Assembly: GCF_018350175.1 (NCBI RefSeq)
Contig: NC_058368.1
Span: 196,728,001 to 196,792,000 of the forward strand
Origin: Felis catus
Taxonomy: Eukaryota
Direction: 5' to 3'
DNA: 64,000 nt
Part shown: in pieces, positions 36,786 to 49,334 of the stretch
Numbering within the stretch: the stretch's first letter is position 1
Layout: each line of letters begins with the position of its first letter
The notes under the pieces: generated by a model
The model's database searches: none
What the model was told of the DNA's origin: nothing
Seen by the model: only the letters and a program-made list of their open reading frames with translations
Made by a program: the position numbers and the translations under genes

Positions 36786-38472
36786 ATCCAGGGGATTTTG
36801 ATTCCCCCCACACCCCCACCACCCGTTGAATAGACAAGGAAACTGCCCGGAGCCGATGGTGCCAGAACCAGAACTCAGGCCTCCTGACTGTAACCTTGGA
36901 CTCTCATCATCATGCCCTGCTGTTTGCCAGGCAGCGCATGAGGGCACCACCTGGATAAAGGCCTAAGGAGGGAAGATTTAGGCCTGTTTCATTGGGCACG
37001 CCTGCCTCCCTCCTGCTCTCCTCCCCCACTGGCACTCAGGAGGGCTGCCCCACCCTGCCCACCCTGCCCACCCTGCGTGGGCTCCCTCCCAGCCAGAGGA
37101 GGAAACAGGGAGAGTTCTCAGTACACCTGCTCAGACTTGAACACCAGAGCAAGAGCTTCCTTCTTCTCCAGTCTGAGGTTCCCAGAACCGCAGGGCGTGA
37201 TTTCACTCTTTGGGCTTTAGGCCAGCGCGCTTTTAAGGAATGAAGAATCCAACAGAGAGCCTCCATCTAGCCTTGGAGCACTAGCCTGGGATTCAGGAGT
37301 CCCGGGTCCTGGCCCAGTCCTGCTACATCTTGTCTCAGTATTGGGCAACTCAGGAGATCAAGAGCATGGGCAACCCCCCCCCCCCCCACCGCAGTCAGAC
37401 TGTCTGGTTCTGAACCCCTGCCAATCATCTAGTGTCAGGCCTTGGTCTCCTCATCTACACCAGTGGAAATCATAGAATTACTTACTTCATAGGGATGTTA
37501 TGATGAGTGAAGAGGTAAAATATGTAAAGTGCTTGGCACGGTGCCTGACCTCACGGGGAAAAACACTAAACTCTGGTCCTCTGTTTCCTCATCTGTAAAA
37601 ATGGGGAGAAAATACACGTCCCTTGAAGGAACGGGCCCGTGTTACTTTCCTTTCTTCCAGCACTCACAGGCTGCTGGCTGCCTTGGACTCCTGTAGATCC
37701 AGATTTGAATCTTGGTGCTCGCTAGCTGTGTGCCCTTGGTCATTTACTCAACCTCTCTGAGCCACAGTTTCCTCCCCATAGGGTTCTTGTGAGGGTTGCA
37801 CAAATCAGTGCACGTAAAAGAAATTGCTGGGCCCTGCACCTGGCAGATAGCTGGGCTCGTCCTCCCTCATCGTCATCACCGTCACCAAGGTCATCGTCAT
37901 TAGCACCAAGGACTTTGCTGCCGCTGCCCACAGACCCCAGTCAGAACCCTGCAGGACAAGTTTCCAGAGATGTCCCTACCAGATCCAGCATGGCCTGTGA
38001 CTGGCGTTGAGCCCCTTGCAGCCGAGAGGGAGTCCCCAAGGCCAGCCATCTCCAGGCTTTGGCCTTGCACAACCACAGTACCAGACAGGGCCTCCCAGGG
38101 AAGGCCTCAACAGTGCTCGAAACTCTGGTGTCCTTAAACTCTGGTGTCGACAGAAGAGCCACAAACTGAGCAGCTTCAAGGACTTTCTCACCAATCACTA
38201 TGTCCTCAGAACAGGCTTCTGGCTGGCAAACAACTCAGGTGATAAGACTCCCCACCTGAGATATGTAGCTTTCTTTTCAAAAGCACGTTTCAAAATGCCT
38301 CCATCACAAGCCACCTACAGAGCTCAGCCTCCTCACCCTCTCTGGTCCATGGAAAGACTCAAAGATCTTCGTTGAGAACAGAAGCCCTCAAGAAACCTAA
38401 GGTGCTAGGTGATCTTGTGCAATTTGCTTGCCCTCCGTCAGGCTGTTTCCCTGCCTTTAAAACAAAAGAGCT

Positions 38473-38546
38473 GTGCTCACTTGGGCAGCACGTATACTAA
38501 AATTGGAACGACACAGAGAAGATTAGCATGGCCCCTGCACAAGGAT
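38473..38546 (+). pseudogene. 3'-truncated U6 snRNA retropseudogene (U6 nt 1-74)
   Basis: GTGCTCaCTTgGGCAGCACgTATACTAAAATTGGAACGAcACAGAGAAGATTAGCATGGCCCCTGCaCAAGGAT has 5 mismatches to U6. Flanked by the 14-bp direct repeat AAAACAAAAGAGCT. Confidence 0.96.
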
Positions 38547-39204
38547 AAAACAAAAGAGCTAAACTAAACGACCCTTTCCTGAACCCTGCAGCTCCAATAT
38601 GATAGCCGTTTATAGGTTACCGGCTAAAACTTCACTTTTCCATACCACACATGGGCCAGATACCTGAATGTGTATCATCTCAGGTTGTTTCCAACAACCC
38701 TGAGTAGTCGGCATTATGATATCCACGTAATGACTGAGGAAACTAAAGCTTAAGAGGGGTTAAAGTGATTAGCCCAAGACCAAGCAGTTAGAGACGCAGC
38801 CAACATTCGAACCCAGGTCTGTGTCTGGTCCAAGCCACAGACCCTTGAAAGGAATTGAGAAAAACCTCACACCAGCTAACCACTCCCAAGAAGCCGGAAC
38901 GGTGGCACATTTCTTGTTTTATGACTTCCAAGTGAAGGGCAATAATAATGCCAAACTTGGACTTCATGTGGCTCGCTCCTATCTGCTCTGCCTTTTTATT
39001 GGCCTCGCCTCTCCTGAGATTAGTGAAAGTTTGCTTTGCACATACACCCGGCAAAGCCCAGACTCCTCCAGGTTCCACGGAAATGGCGACAGCAATATGA
39101 ACCTTTTTCACTTGATTATAGTCACCACGGACAAATGCTCAACATTAAAAACAACAGCATTTTCTCCCTTCTGATCCTAGGAGCATACTTTATTCAGACG
39201 CTTA

Positions 39205-39330
39205 TAACTGTGGCTCTCAAACTCTGGAGGGCACGACGGTCACCTGGGCTCTGCTACCAGAGATTACAATCGGGTAGCTCTGCAGTGGGCCCAGGAATCT
39301 GCATTTAAGAGGCTCCCCTAGATGACGCTT
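39205..39330. mobile_element. MER5-like remnant
   Basis: gtggctctcaaact..gtgggcccaggaatctgcatttaa..ctcccctagatga. Confidence 0.65.
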
Positions 39331-41471
39331 CCTACAAGAAACTACCCATCGTTCAGCCAATATTTAATGAGCACCTACTACGTGCCAGCCACTGCGCTAG
39401 GTGCCATGGGTAAATCAGAGAACACGGTGGCTGACGACCTGGCTGTATTCTATTCACGGATCAGGGCATGGTGAATTTTCTTTGAGGGAGGCAGAGCGCT
39501 AGGACCTGGGTCTTTAGAATCACTTGGGTTTCCTGCCGGCCACCCGCAACTCGGATTCTGTGACCCATGCCAGGGAGTCAGAAACACACCTATTTCCCAG
39601 TTTCCGTCCAGGAGGCAGAAATTCGAGCCAAGAGGAACTAAAAAACACCTGCTTTGTGTTGTCAATTCTGACAGCCATCTCCACCTTTCGCTGAACACAG
39701 AACCTGAGAGCTGCAGGGGTGCAGGGGAGAAGGCGTTATCTACCCCTTCACCGTACAGGTAAGGAGAATGTGGCCAAAGCCACGCAGCCCTCCAGGGGCA
39801 GAGCCAGGACCGCAAGCCAGGCGTGTGCGGGGCTGCGTGTGCAGGGCTTGAGCCTTTGGAAAGATACACTAGATAGTGTCATTCTAGGGTCTCAGAGTTG
39901 GGGGGTGGGGATCTTGGGCGCTTGAAAATCCATCGTAAGCAAGGCATTTCTAGTGTTAGTCAATGCCCTTTTCTTCCTGGAGGGTTAGCCTATGAAATCA
40001 CCAGTACCTTTTGGGAATACACTTAGCAGATTTCTCTTTCATATGCTAATGATTAAAGGGCTTCCAGATCAGCAGGTGAGGGGCATTAAGTCACTTTTGC
40101 AGAGAGCTGTTTTTCATTCACCCTCCTCGGTTTCATAAATAACTGTGCACTAAGCATGGGAAGGATGGATCCAGGTAGGGGATAGAAAGGTGCTTCTTCC
40201 TTATCTGTCCACAGAGCAAAGAGATCGTCTGCCCATTTGATAGATACTGAAACAAAGGCTCATAGATGTGAGGGTTATTTTGTTCTGTTTTGCTCTTACA
40301 GAGATGTGAATTCTACCAGATTGTTACATGTATACCAGAACAGCAACATTTAAAGAGACAGTCACCTGACATTAAAGGGCACCATCTAAATTTAGTATCT
40401 CTATCAAATAAGACAGGCCGATGGCAAGACTTGAAGACTTCTTCTTGACACTCTGTCACTTTCTGGCTTTGGGACCTTGGGAAAATGACTCCTTGGTGAG
40501 GATCATCCTATCTACCCTACCTGACCTAGAATTTTCTGTGGATCAAGTTTACTTACGAAGTCATTATCCTAAGTCATCCATAACGTTCCCCCTGGGAATT
40601 TATCCTAGGGGTCTGATTCAAAAGATGGGGAAACTACAGCATGATGTCTACATACACTTTGATTCAACAAATATTTTCAGAACCTGCCGGGTGTCAGGCA
40701 CTGTGACACAGGCCCCCAAATGGGACCCATGATATAGTCTTTGCTCTTGTATAACTCACAGCTTTGATCTCCACCACATGCGTGCGAGAGAGACTAGTCA
40801 AAATGCAGTTCACTAGAGTCATAGGTTCTGCAACAAATTGGGAGGCTGGAGGCTGGAGGGGCTGGGAGAAGTGCCCAGGGGAGAGGTAGGATCCTAAGCC
40901 AAGACAATGAAGGTAGCAAGAAGGATATGAAGGAGTGGATGAGTGGAAGCCATAGTTTAGACTGGGAATCAGTAGGCTTTGGTCATAGGTAGGAAATGGG
41001 GGCCGGGGTGGGGGGAGGGTTACAGGACATCCAGTTTCTGGATTCAGTGAGTGATGGGTCTTAGAGGAAACACAACTAGGGGGAAGTCTCCCAAGGGGGG
41101 TTGGATGTCTGTGGGGCATCTCCAAGCAGAGACACGTAAGGGGAGCACATTGATGCCCGGGAAAAAATCGGAAACAACCCCACCATGTAGTAAGACAGAG
41201 CAGTTCGATTCCACACCTCCTCACAGAGAGCAGACAGAAGCTCACATGTGCACAGAGAACTGTGTCCAAGGCTGTTCACTGCAGCATTAGTAATTATGGT
41301 AAAAAGAGAAGGGTTCTAAAAAAAATGAACTGTGGTGAGATCTCATAATGGAATATTAGACGATAGTGAAAATCAATAACATCTTCATGAATCCGCATGG
41401 ATTAATCACAAAAACAATAGGCGAGACAAGCAAGCGGTCTAAGGATACACGTTGTTATGCCACTTACGTAA

Positions 41472-41696
41472 TTTTTTTTTAATTTTTTTTCAACGTTTTT
41501 ATTTATTTTTGGGACAGAGAGAGACAGAGCATGAACGGGGGAGGGGCAGAGAGAGAGGGAGACACAGAATCAGAAACAGGCTCCAGGCTCCGAGCCATCA
41601 GCCCAGAGCCCGACGCGGGGCTCGAACTCACGGACCGCGAGATCGTGACCTGGCTGAAGTCGGACGCTTAACCGACTGCGCCACCCAGGCGCCCCC
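41472..41696 (-). mobile_element. Young Can-SINE inside an old L1 remnant (~41100-41800)
   Basis: Young-subfamily diagnostics; TSD cgtaat. Confidence 0.96.
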
Positions 41697-41825
41697 GTAA
41701 TATTTTAAAATATGTAAACTAATACTCCATAATGTTGGGCAATGCATGTGTATGAAGGAAAAGCGTAAACATGGGACAGCAAAGACACAGATCACTTTCA
41801 GGAATGTGACAGGAGAGGGGGCCTG

Positions 41826-42002
41826 AGGGCTAGCTTCGTGGGTGTGCGTCCTGCACAGTCACCCTGGGCCGCGCACTTAGAAACGCCCCATGCTTCCTTG
41901 AACGCTCTGCTGTCACTGTCTTGAAATTCATAATGATTTTTGAACACCCGTCTCTGCATTTTCACTTTGCACTGAGCCTTGCAAGTTATGTCGCTTGTCC
42001 TG
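41826..42002 (+). mobile_element. MER91A-like hAT-Tip100 element
   Basis: agggctagcttcgtgggtgtgcg..gctctgctgtcactgtcttgaaattc..gcattttcactttgcactg..gtcctg. Confidence 0.75.
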
Positions 42003-42258
42003 GGAGATTAGAGTCCATTGTACAGAAGACAGCTCCAGCTGTACCTGTAATGGTTTATTTTCTTGAAAAAGGTCTCAAAAACCTTTTTGAAGTATCAGTA
42101 TTTGTTGAACCTGGGTCGCGTGTCGTTCCTGCGCTTTCCTGTATGTTTGGAATATTTTAGAAGAACAATGAAGATGTACTTATGTAAATATGGTTTATTT
42201 ACATGATGAAATACTCTGCAGAAGGCAGGAGAAAGCGATGTGGAAAATGGGGAAAATG

Positions 42259-42481
42259 GGGGCGCCTGGGTGGCTCAGTCGGTTAAGCGGCCGACTTCGG
42301 CTCAGGTCATGATCTCGCGGTCCGTGAGTTGGAGCCCCGCATCAGGCTCTGTGCTGACAGCTCAGAGCCTGGAGCCTGTTTCAGATTCTGTGTCTCCCTC
42401 TCTCTGACCCTCCCCTGTTCATGCTCTGTCTCTCTCTGTCTCAAAAATAAATAAACGTTAAAAAAAATTTTTTAAAAAAAA
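42259..42481 (+). mobile_element. Can-SINE
   Basis: TSD gaaaatggggaaaatg. Confidence 0.96.
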
Positions 42482-42669
42482 GAAAATGGGGAAAATGTAC
42501 AATATTAAGTGAAACAAAATTATAAAAATCCTTATGAAATGATTATAGCTGTGTGCATAAACGCGCGTGCAAAGTATGTATGTTAGACATACAGCTGCGC
42601 ACACGAAACAGCATTAGGATGGCAGAAATACATTATTTTAATATGTTCACTTGTGTCATTACAATTTTG

Positions 42670-42701
42670 TTTTTTTGTTTTTTTAGTGTTTATTTATTAT
42701 T

Positions 42702-42741
<40 letters not shown>

Positions 42742-42994
42742 GCATGAGAGGGGGAGGGGCAGAGAGAGAGGGAGACACAGAATCCGAAGCAGGCTCCAGG
42801 CTCTGAGCTGTCAGCACAGAGCCTGATGCGGGGCTCGAACTCATGACCATGAGAGAGGGAGACACAGAATCTGAAACAGGTTCCAGGCTCTGAGCTGTCA
42901 GCACAGAGCCCGACACGGGGCTCGAACTCACGGACAGCGAGATCATCGACGAGCGAAGCCGGACGCTCAACCGACTGAGCCACCCAGGCGCCCC
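42670..42994 (-). mobile_element. Can-SINE with an ~87-bp internal tandem duplication
   Basis: Units 42764-42850 and 42851-42937; TSD tacaattttgttttt. Confidence 0.93.
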
Positions 42995-44076
42995 TACAAT
43001 TTTGTTTTTTACAATAAATAAAATAAAATGTAACTTGCTATCTGCTTTCTATGCTAAAACCCAGCTCCTCTGGGAAACTAGGTTGCTGAGTGCTGAATGT
43101 GTGATTTAAGTAACAGATGCGCATTGTGACAGGGACATCTTGGAGACAAGATCTCTCCGTAAAGGAGAGCTGTGACAGCGGGAACTTTTGGCACCCCCCT
43201 GAAAATGAGCTCTGAACTGGGAGGCAGGTCGGAGTCTCACTCTGGCACTAAACTCACATTTGGACAAACCTCTTCCCCATTCTAAGACTCAAATTCCCAG
43301 TGTGCACAACAGGCATAGACTGGATTGGCCACCCCAATAGGGGTCTCCCTGGGGGCCTCTGCCCTGACTGTGAGATGCTCTGATTCCCTCTCCCATCTGC
43401 AGGAGAAATCATCTGGGCCGTGTGGAGTTTGGCAGAAGAGGCAGCTGGAGTCAGGATACTGAGAAGAGAATCCAGGTCAGTAGGCCACCCCAGGAGCATT
43501 TTATATGGGGTGGAATCTCCTTGGCTCCTGGAGCAGCCAGAACGAGAGTCCCAGGGAAAGGGCATGGCCTCATAGGCATGGCAAGGTACAGAGAGTATAG
43601 CATGGCATCGCAGGCACAGCATCGTGGGCGCAGCAGAGCATCATGGGCACAGCATCAGGGGAGCAGCAGAGCATCATGGGCACATCCCTGCTATCTTCAG
43701 TTTCCCTGAGAATACTGATGACACCTCGGTACGGGGTGGGGAGCAGGCTAAAAGGGAATAGTCCGCTTTCTGCCAGAGTTCTTATTTTTTCATCATAAAT
43801 TATTTTAGATTACACAAACGATCCAGAATTATTTTATCCTTGTATAAAAAAAAACGGAAAGAATAGAGAGAAAGGACATTCCTGTGACCACGGCCACCTG
43901 ATACCCCTCCCTCCCCAGAGGTGCCCACTGTTAGTGTTTCGTGAGTGACCTTCCAGACTTTTCTCTTTGATTTATACACTCATTATGTTCACAGAGAAAC
44001 TCAAAGTTTTGCTTGGGAGATTTCGTTTTTAATGACAATGGAACCTTACTGTCATTACTGTTTTGTAATTACCTTC

Positions 44077-44303
44077 TTTTTTTTTTTTAATTTTTTTTTC
44101 CAACGTTTATTTATTTTTGGGACAGAGAGAGACAGAGCACGAACGGGGGAGGGGCAGAGAGAGAGGGAGACACAGAATCGGAAGCAGGCTCCAGGCTCCG
44201 AGCCATCAGCCCAGAGCCCGACGCGGGGCTCGAACTCACGGACCGCGAGATCGTGACCTGGCTGAAGTCGGACGCTTAACCGACTGCGCCACCCAGGCGC
44301 CCC
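44077..44303 (-). mobile_element. Young Can-SINE
   Basis: TSD tgtaatt(a/t)ccttctt. Confidence 0.96.
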
Positions 44304-44717
44304 TGTAATTTCCTTCTTGAAGAGTCTTAGAGGTGCTTCCATATCAGCACATATAGACCTACTTTCTTCCTTTATATCACTGCATGCTATTCCCCATGGT
44401 GAGCGGGCCACAGACTTGGCTTGTAACTGTGGCCCCAAATGACTCTAGACTTGTGTTATGCGGTCTTGGTTGTATCACTGAGGAATATACGAGGCTAAAA
44501 ATAGAAAGTAATGACAATGCATGAGTTCTTTTATTCCTTCAGCCAACAAAAAGCCCATGGAATGCTTGCTTTAAGTATACCTTCATCCTCTAATACACAA
44601 TCAAGCCAGTTCTGTACAGATGAGTCTAGCAAACAATATTAATCACGTCGCCACATTGTTTGAAATTCATTCATCATGCCTTCATGAGCCACCTACTTTG
44701 TGCCAGCTTTATGGGAC

Positions 44718-45105
44718 TGTATTAGTTATGACCGCTTTGATTTCAATGAACAGAAAACCCCACTCAAACTGGCTTCAACAGATAATGTATTGGCTTCCAT
44801 AATTAACACATTAAAAGGAGGAATGTTGCCAGGAAGTTGTGAATGATCACTTCTCAGCTCTGCTTTCCTCGGTACCGGCTTCATCCTGAGGTCGGTTTTC
44901 CCCAGTGAAGGCAAGGTATGTATGATCCAGGCCCACACCCAATCCTCTTTAGCAAACCCACCAGAAAGAACCGTCCCAGGCTTCCAGCAAAGGCCCAGGG
45001 TGCACTCTGATGCTACCACTTTGGCTTAAATGCCTATAGCTAAGCCAGTCTCTGCTCTGATTGGCCGCTACTGGGTTGCACGCTTACTTCGGAATCCCGG
45101 AGTCA
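44718..45105 (-). mobile_element. Old MaLR (MLT1J/K-like) LTR
   Basis: tgtattagttatga..aacagaaaacccactcaaactggctt..ctctgattggcc. Confidence 0.6.
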
Positions 45106-45119
45106 AGCAGTTTCTAAAC

Positions 45120-45805
45120 AAAGGTTTCTTAACAAGGGACGGTTGATTTACATAGGAAAAAATTATAGCTCTCTTTTCACTGACTTCTACCTGAAATTTA
45201 GCATTTCCTTCTGTTACAAATGTAGCAAACACATCACAGTAGCATTGAAAGTACCTATAACTTTGTCACCAACAGAAATCACGGGTGTTTCGTATTACAT
45301 CACAGTTGTCGGTATCTCAAAGTATCGTTTATGTTCCTCACTATTTGAAATATGGTAGGTAGCGGACCAACTAGATCTTATTATTTAATGTGCTAATAAA
45401 GAAGTGTATGGGGGCGCCGGGGTGGCTTAGTCGGTTAAGGTTCCAACTTCGGCTCAGATCATGATCTCACGGTTTGTGAGTTCGAGCACCGCGTCAGGCT
45501 CTGTGCTGATGGCTCGGAGCCTGGAGCCTGCTTCGGATTCTGTGTCTCATTCTCTCTCTGCTCCTCCCCCACTTGTGCTCTGTCTCTCTCTGTCAAAAAT
45601 AAATAAATGTAATCAAAAAAAAGAAGTGTATGTATAAGACTATAGCAAAATTTCATGTTTGTAATTATTTGAGAACGATATCAATATAATTGACTTCTTT
45701 TAAATCATATGCAGTCTATAGTATGCATTTAAAAACATACATCTGCAGAAGGGTCCACGGACTTCTATAGACTGCCAGAGGGGCACACACAAAAAGGTCT
45801 AGATA
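45120..45805. mobile_element. hAT-Charlie remnant interrupted by a SINE
   Basis: ggtttcttaac..ctgaaatttagcatttccttc..gaagggtcca..cagactgccagagggg..caaaaaggt. Confidence 0.6.
45411..45622 (+). mobile_element. Can-SINE
   Basis: TSD aaagaagtgtatg. Confidence 0.95.
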
Positions 45806-46003
45806 TATTGTGGGAGAGTGGTGTCTCCCCAAAGGACAACCAAGTGCCTTGTCGGAGGGGAGGGAAGAGAATGCTGAGTAGAAACGACACATGCCCACTC
45901 CAAAAAGATATATAAAGACACATATAAAGAAGTGTCAGATGTGAGCCTGCTCTCTAAGCCATTTAGACTAGAAGAGAGCCCTGGACATGCTATGGTGCAG
46001 CCT

Positions 46004-46228
46004 ATTTTATTTTATTTTATTTTTAAATATTTATTTTGAAAGAGAGAAAGAGAGAGAGCATGCGCAGGTGAGGGGCAGAGAGAGAGGGGGAGAGAGAGAA
46101 TCCCAGGCAGGCTCCATGCTCTCAGCACAGAGCCCAAGGTGTGGCTCGATCTCACAAGCTGTGAGATCGTGAGCTGAGCCAAAACCATGAGTCAGATGCT
46201 CAGCTGACCGAGCCACCCAGGTGCCCCC
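46004..46228 (-). mobile_element. Can-SINE
   Basis: Reverse head and GA tract. Confidence 0.92.
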
Positions 46229-46723
46229 TGCCTCCTCATTTTATAGATAAGAAACAACAACTAATACCCAAGAGGGGCAGTGACTTAACCAAGGTCACCC
46301 GGCAAGTGTCAGTTTCAGGACCCGGGAAGGCTCCCTGACTCTACACTTGGTTATTTTACTCTGGCCTCTCCAGGGGCAGTGGAGAAGTTGAGACGGAAAC
46401 CCCAGACTCCTGACGCTAAACAACAGCACACAGGAGAGAAGGAAATTCAAAGCACTAAATGCCTGTATTAGGAAAGAAGACCTCAAATCAATAATCTAAC
46501 TCTCCACTTTAAGACACTGGAAAAAGATCAATGAAGCCTTAAAGCAAGCAGAAGAAAGGAAACAATAAGGTTTAGAGTCAAAATTAACAAAATCAAAGAA
46601 CAATAGAAAAACTCAACGACCAACAGTTGGTTCTTGAAAAGATCAACAAAACTGACATACCTTTAGCTAAATTGACCTAGAAAAAAAAAGAGAGATGATT
46701 AAAATTATTAAAATAAGAAATGA

Positions 46724-46950
46724 GGGGCGCCTGGGTGGCTCAGTAGGTTGAGCATCCAACTTCGGCTCAGGTCATGATTTCGCGGTTTGTGAGTTCGGGT
46801 CCCACGTTGGGCTCTGTGCTGACAGCTCCGAGCCTGGAGTCTGCTTCGGATTCTGTATCTCCCTGTCTCTCTGCCCCTCCCCTGCTCCCACTCTGTGTGT
46901 GTGTGTCTCTCTCTCTCTCAAAAATAAATACACATTAAAAGAATAAAATA
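46724..46950 (+). mobile_element. Can-SINE in L1
   Basis: TSD aaaataagaaatga. Confidence 0.95.
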
Positions 46951-47110
46951 AAATAAGAAATGAAAGAGGGGACATTACTTCCTTACTAACATAAAAAGTA
47001 TTATAAGTGACTACTATACATAACTGTGTGCCAATAAATTAGAGAACTCAGGTAAAATGATCAAATTCCTGGAAAGACACAAACTCTTAAAACTAATTTC
47101 ATAACAAATA

Positions 47111-47325
47111 GGGAGGCCTGGGTGACTCAGTCGGTTAAGCATCTGACTCTTGATTTTGGCTCAGGTCATGGCCTCTGTGTTCGTGAGTTCGAGCCCCACA
47201 TCGGGGTCCCCGCTGACAGTGCGGAGCCTGCTTGGGATTCTCTGTCTCCCTCTCTCTCTGCCCCTCCCCTGAAGGGTCTCTCTCTCTCTCTCTCTTTCAA
47301 AATAAATAAATAAACATTTTAAAAA
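47111..47325 (+). mobile_element. Can-SINE in L1
   Basis: Head, CT tract, A tail. Confidence 0.93.
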
Positions 47326-47360
47326 GACACAGCACTAGTTTGATAAGAAATAGAATGTCT

Positions 47361-47600
47361 GGGGGCCCCTGGGTGGCTCAGTCGGTTGAGCGTCCAACTT
47401 CAGCTCAGGTCACGATCTCGCGGTCTGTGGGTTCGAGCCCCGCGTCAGGCTCTGGGCTGATGGCTCGGAGCCTGGAGCCTGCTTCCGATTCTGTGTCTCC
47501 CTCTCTCTCTGCCCCTCCCCCGTTCATGCTCTGTCTCTCTCTGTCTCAAAAATAAATAAATGTTAAAAAAATAAAATAAAATAAAAACAAAAAAAAAACA
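47361..47600 (+). mobile_element. Can-SINE in L1
   Basis: Head, CT tract, A tail. Confidence 0.95.
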
Positions 47601-48618
47601 ACTACGCACAAAGAAAAGCCCAGGTCCAGATGGTTTCACTGGTGAATTCTACCAAACATTTAGAGAAGAATCCGTACAATTCTTCACAAACCCTTCCAAA
47701 AATCAGAAGAGGAAGGAACACTTCTCGCCTCATTCTCTGACGGCAGCATTACTCGAACACTAAGACCAGACCAAGGCATCATGAGAAAAGAAAACTACAG
47801 ACCAATATCTCTTATGAATATAGATGTGAAGGCAATACACACGAGGACTTAACCACAGAATTAAATATCATAATGGGAAGAGATTTATAAAGATGTCTCT
47901 GGTTCCCAGAAGATTCCCATCCTCAAAAGCAATAAAAGATAATGGTGATACATGAAATTAAATTTAAGCATAGACGTATAGTGGGACCATTTTGGAAAGA
48001 CAGGCAAAGACAATTCATAAGAATATTTTGTTCTGCAAAGCAGGACTAATAATCCTTTTCGGCCCCGCCTCTCCAACATTTTTTGGAATCATTTTAAGGA
48101 TCGCTTAAGGATCATAGGGATGTTGAGAGTATTTTAAAGCCCTCTAGTGTAAAATAATTACTGTCGGGACTCTTCACAGTTTCTAGAACATGACCTTGCT
48201 CATGAGCTCCATTTTATCCCTTGTAGTGAGTTATCTCCTGACTCAGGGCCTTTGCCTTTGCTGTTCCCTTAACCTGGAATGCTGTGCCCTCACCTCCCTT
48301 TATGCTCTGCTCCCATTCTTCACGCCTTGGCCCAAATATCACCTTCTCGGAGAAGCCCTCCCTGGCTATCTGATCTAAATTCAACCTCTGAAATTAGCTG
48401 GCTTGTCTACGTGAAGCCCAAGCAAGACAGGAGAGCAGGAAGAGTGTCTGGTTACCCACAGTATCCCCCCAGAGCCTGGGACAGCTCCTGCCACACGGAA
48501 GAATGCTATTAAATGAAAAGTGATCCACATCTCTGAAATTGGTCGCTGGGCCTGTTGTCCAGATGAGGAAGCTGAGGCTCGGGGAGGAGAAATGACTTAC
48601 CCCAGTTTCTGTGACAGG

Positions 48619-48762
48619 TAGGGTACGCGTAAAATTTATCGTCCAAATTGGGAGGTTTGGGCCCTGGACAAAAGCTAACCTGGACAGAATATGGGACAAC
48701 ACGTGTAACTGGAACAGCAAACCGTTAACTGGAACAGCAAACAAAGACACACGGTCACACTT
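48619..48762. mobile_element. MER94-like hAT-Blackjack remnant
   Basis: agggta..aatttatcgtccaaattggga..gggacaaca..ggtcacact; contains a tandem repeat of taactggaacagcaaac. Confidence 0.55.
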
Positions 48763-49334
48763 CAGAAGGGGCGCTAAACTCTGGCAAGCGTAAGCCATGT
48801 TCTTGCTGTCGCATCCCAAGTTCTATAAAAAGTCAAGGTCAGCACATTACTTTCCCCGAGTGCCCTGCCCCACAGGGAACACTATCCTGCCTAGCTCAGG
48901 ATCAGCTGATCCTCATAAGTCTCTGCTAACTTTGTTGTTGCCCAGAAGTCCCAAAGAGGTTCTCCATAGCAGGAACCCAGATTTCCTCCGTCAAAGTAAG
49001 TGCGGCAACAGAATAAATTAAATGAATAAAATCGAATAAATTAGCTGAATAAAATTAAACCTACATCTCCTTTGTGAAGGGGGGGAGGGGCTTGAGCAGC
49101 ATGCCGAAGGAGAAGCTCACGAGATAACTCTGCTGTGCCGATGCCGACTTGTCTCAGCATAGAGCACGACAACGTGCCTGCCCTTTGACCAGGTCTCCCC
49201 GTTCCTGGAAATTCCACTTAAAAATGAATGAAACTAAGAGAAAGAGCTAGTGAGACAAAAAGATTTGTTGAGGTAGAATGGAGACGGAGAAGCTGAGTTG
49301 GAGGTCGGAGTCGGGCAGGCCTATGCTTGGAGTT

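Larger units (their letters stand above)
46440..47835 (+). mobile_element. Degraded L1 ORF2 fragment interrupted by three SINEs
   Basis: From 47611 encodes KKSPGPDGFTGEFYQTFREE and from ~47787 KENYRPISLMNID, both hallmark L1 ORF2 motifs. Confidence 0.92.

Noticed and set aside
38473..38546. Functional U6 gene
   Set aside because: 3' third missing, no Pol III T-run terminator or recognisable upstream PSE/TATA, and flanked by a TSD
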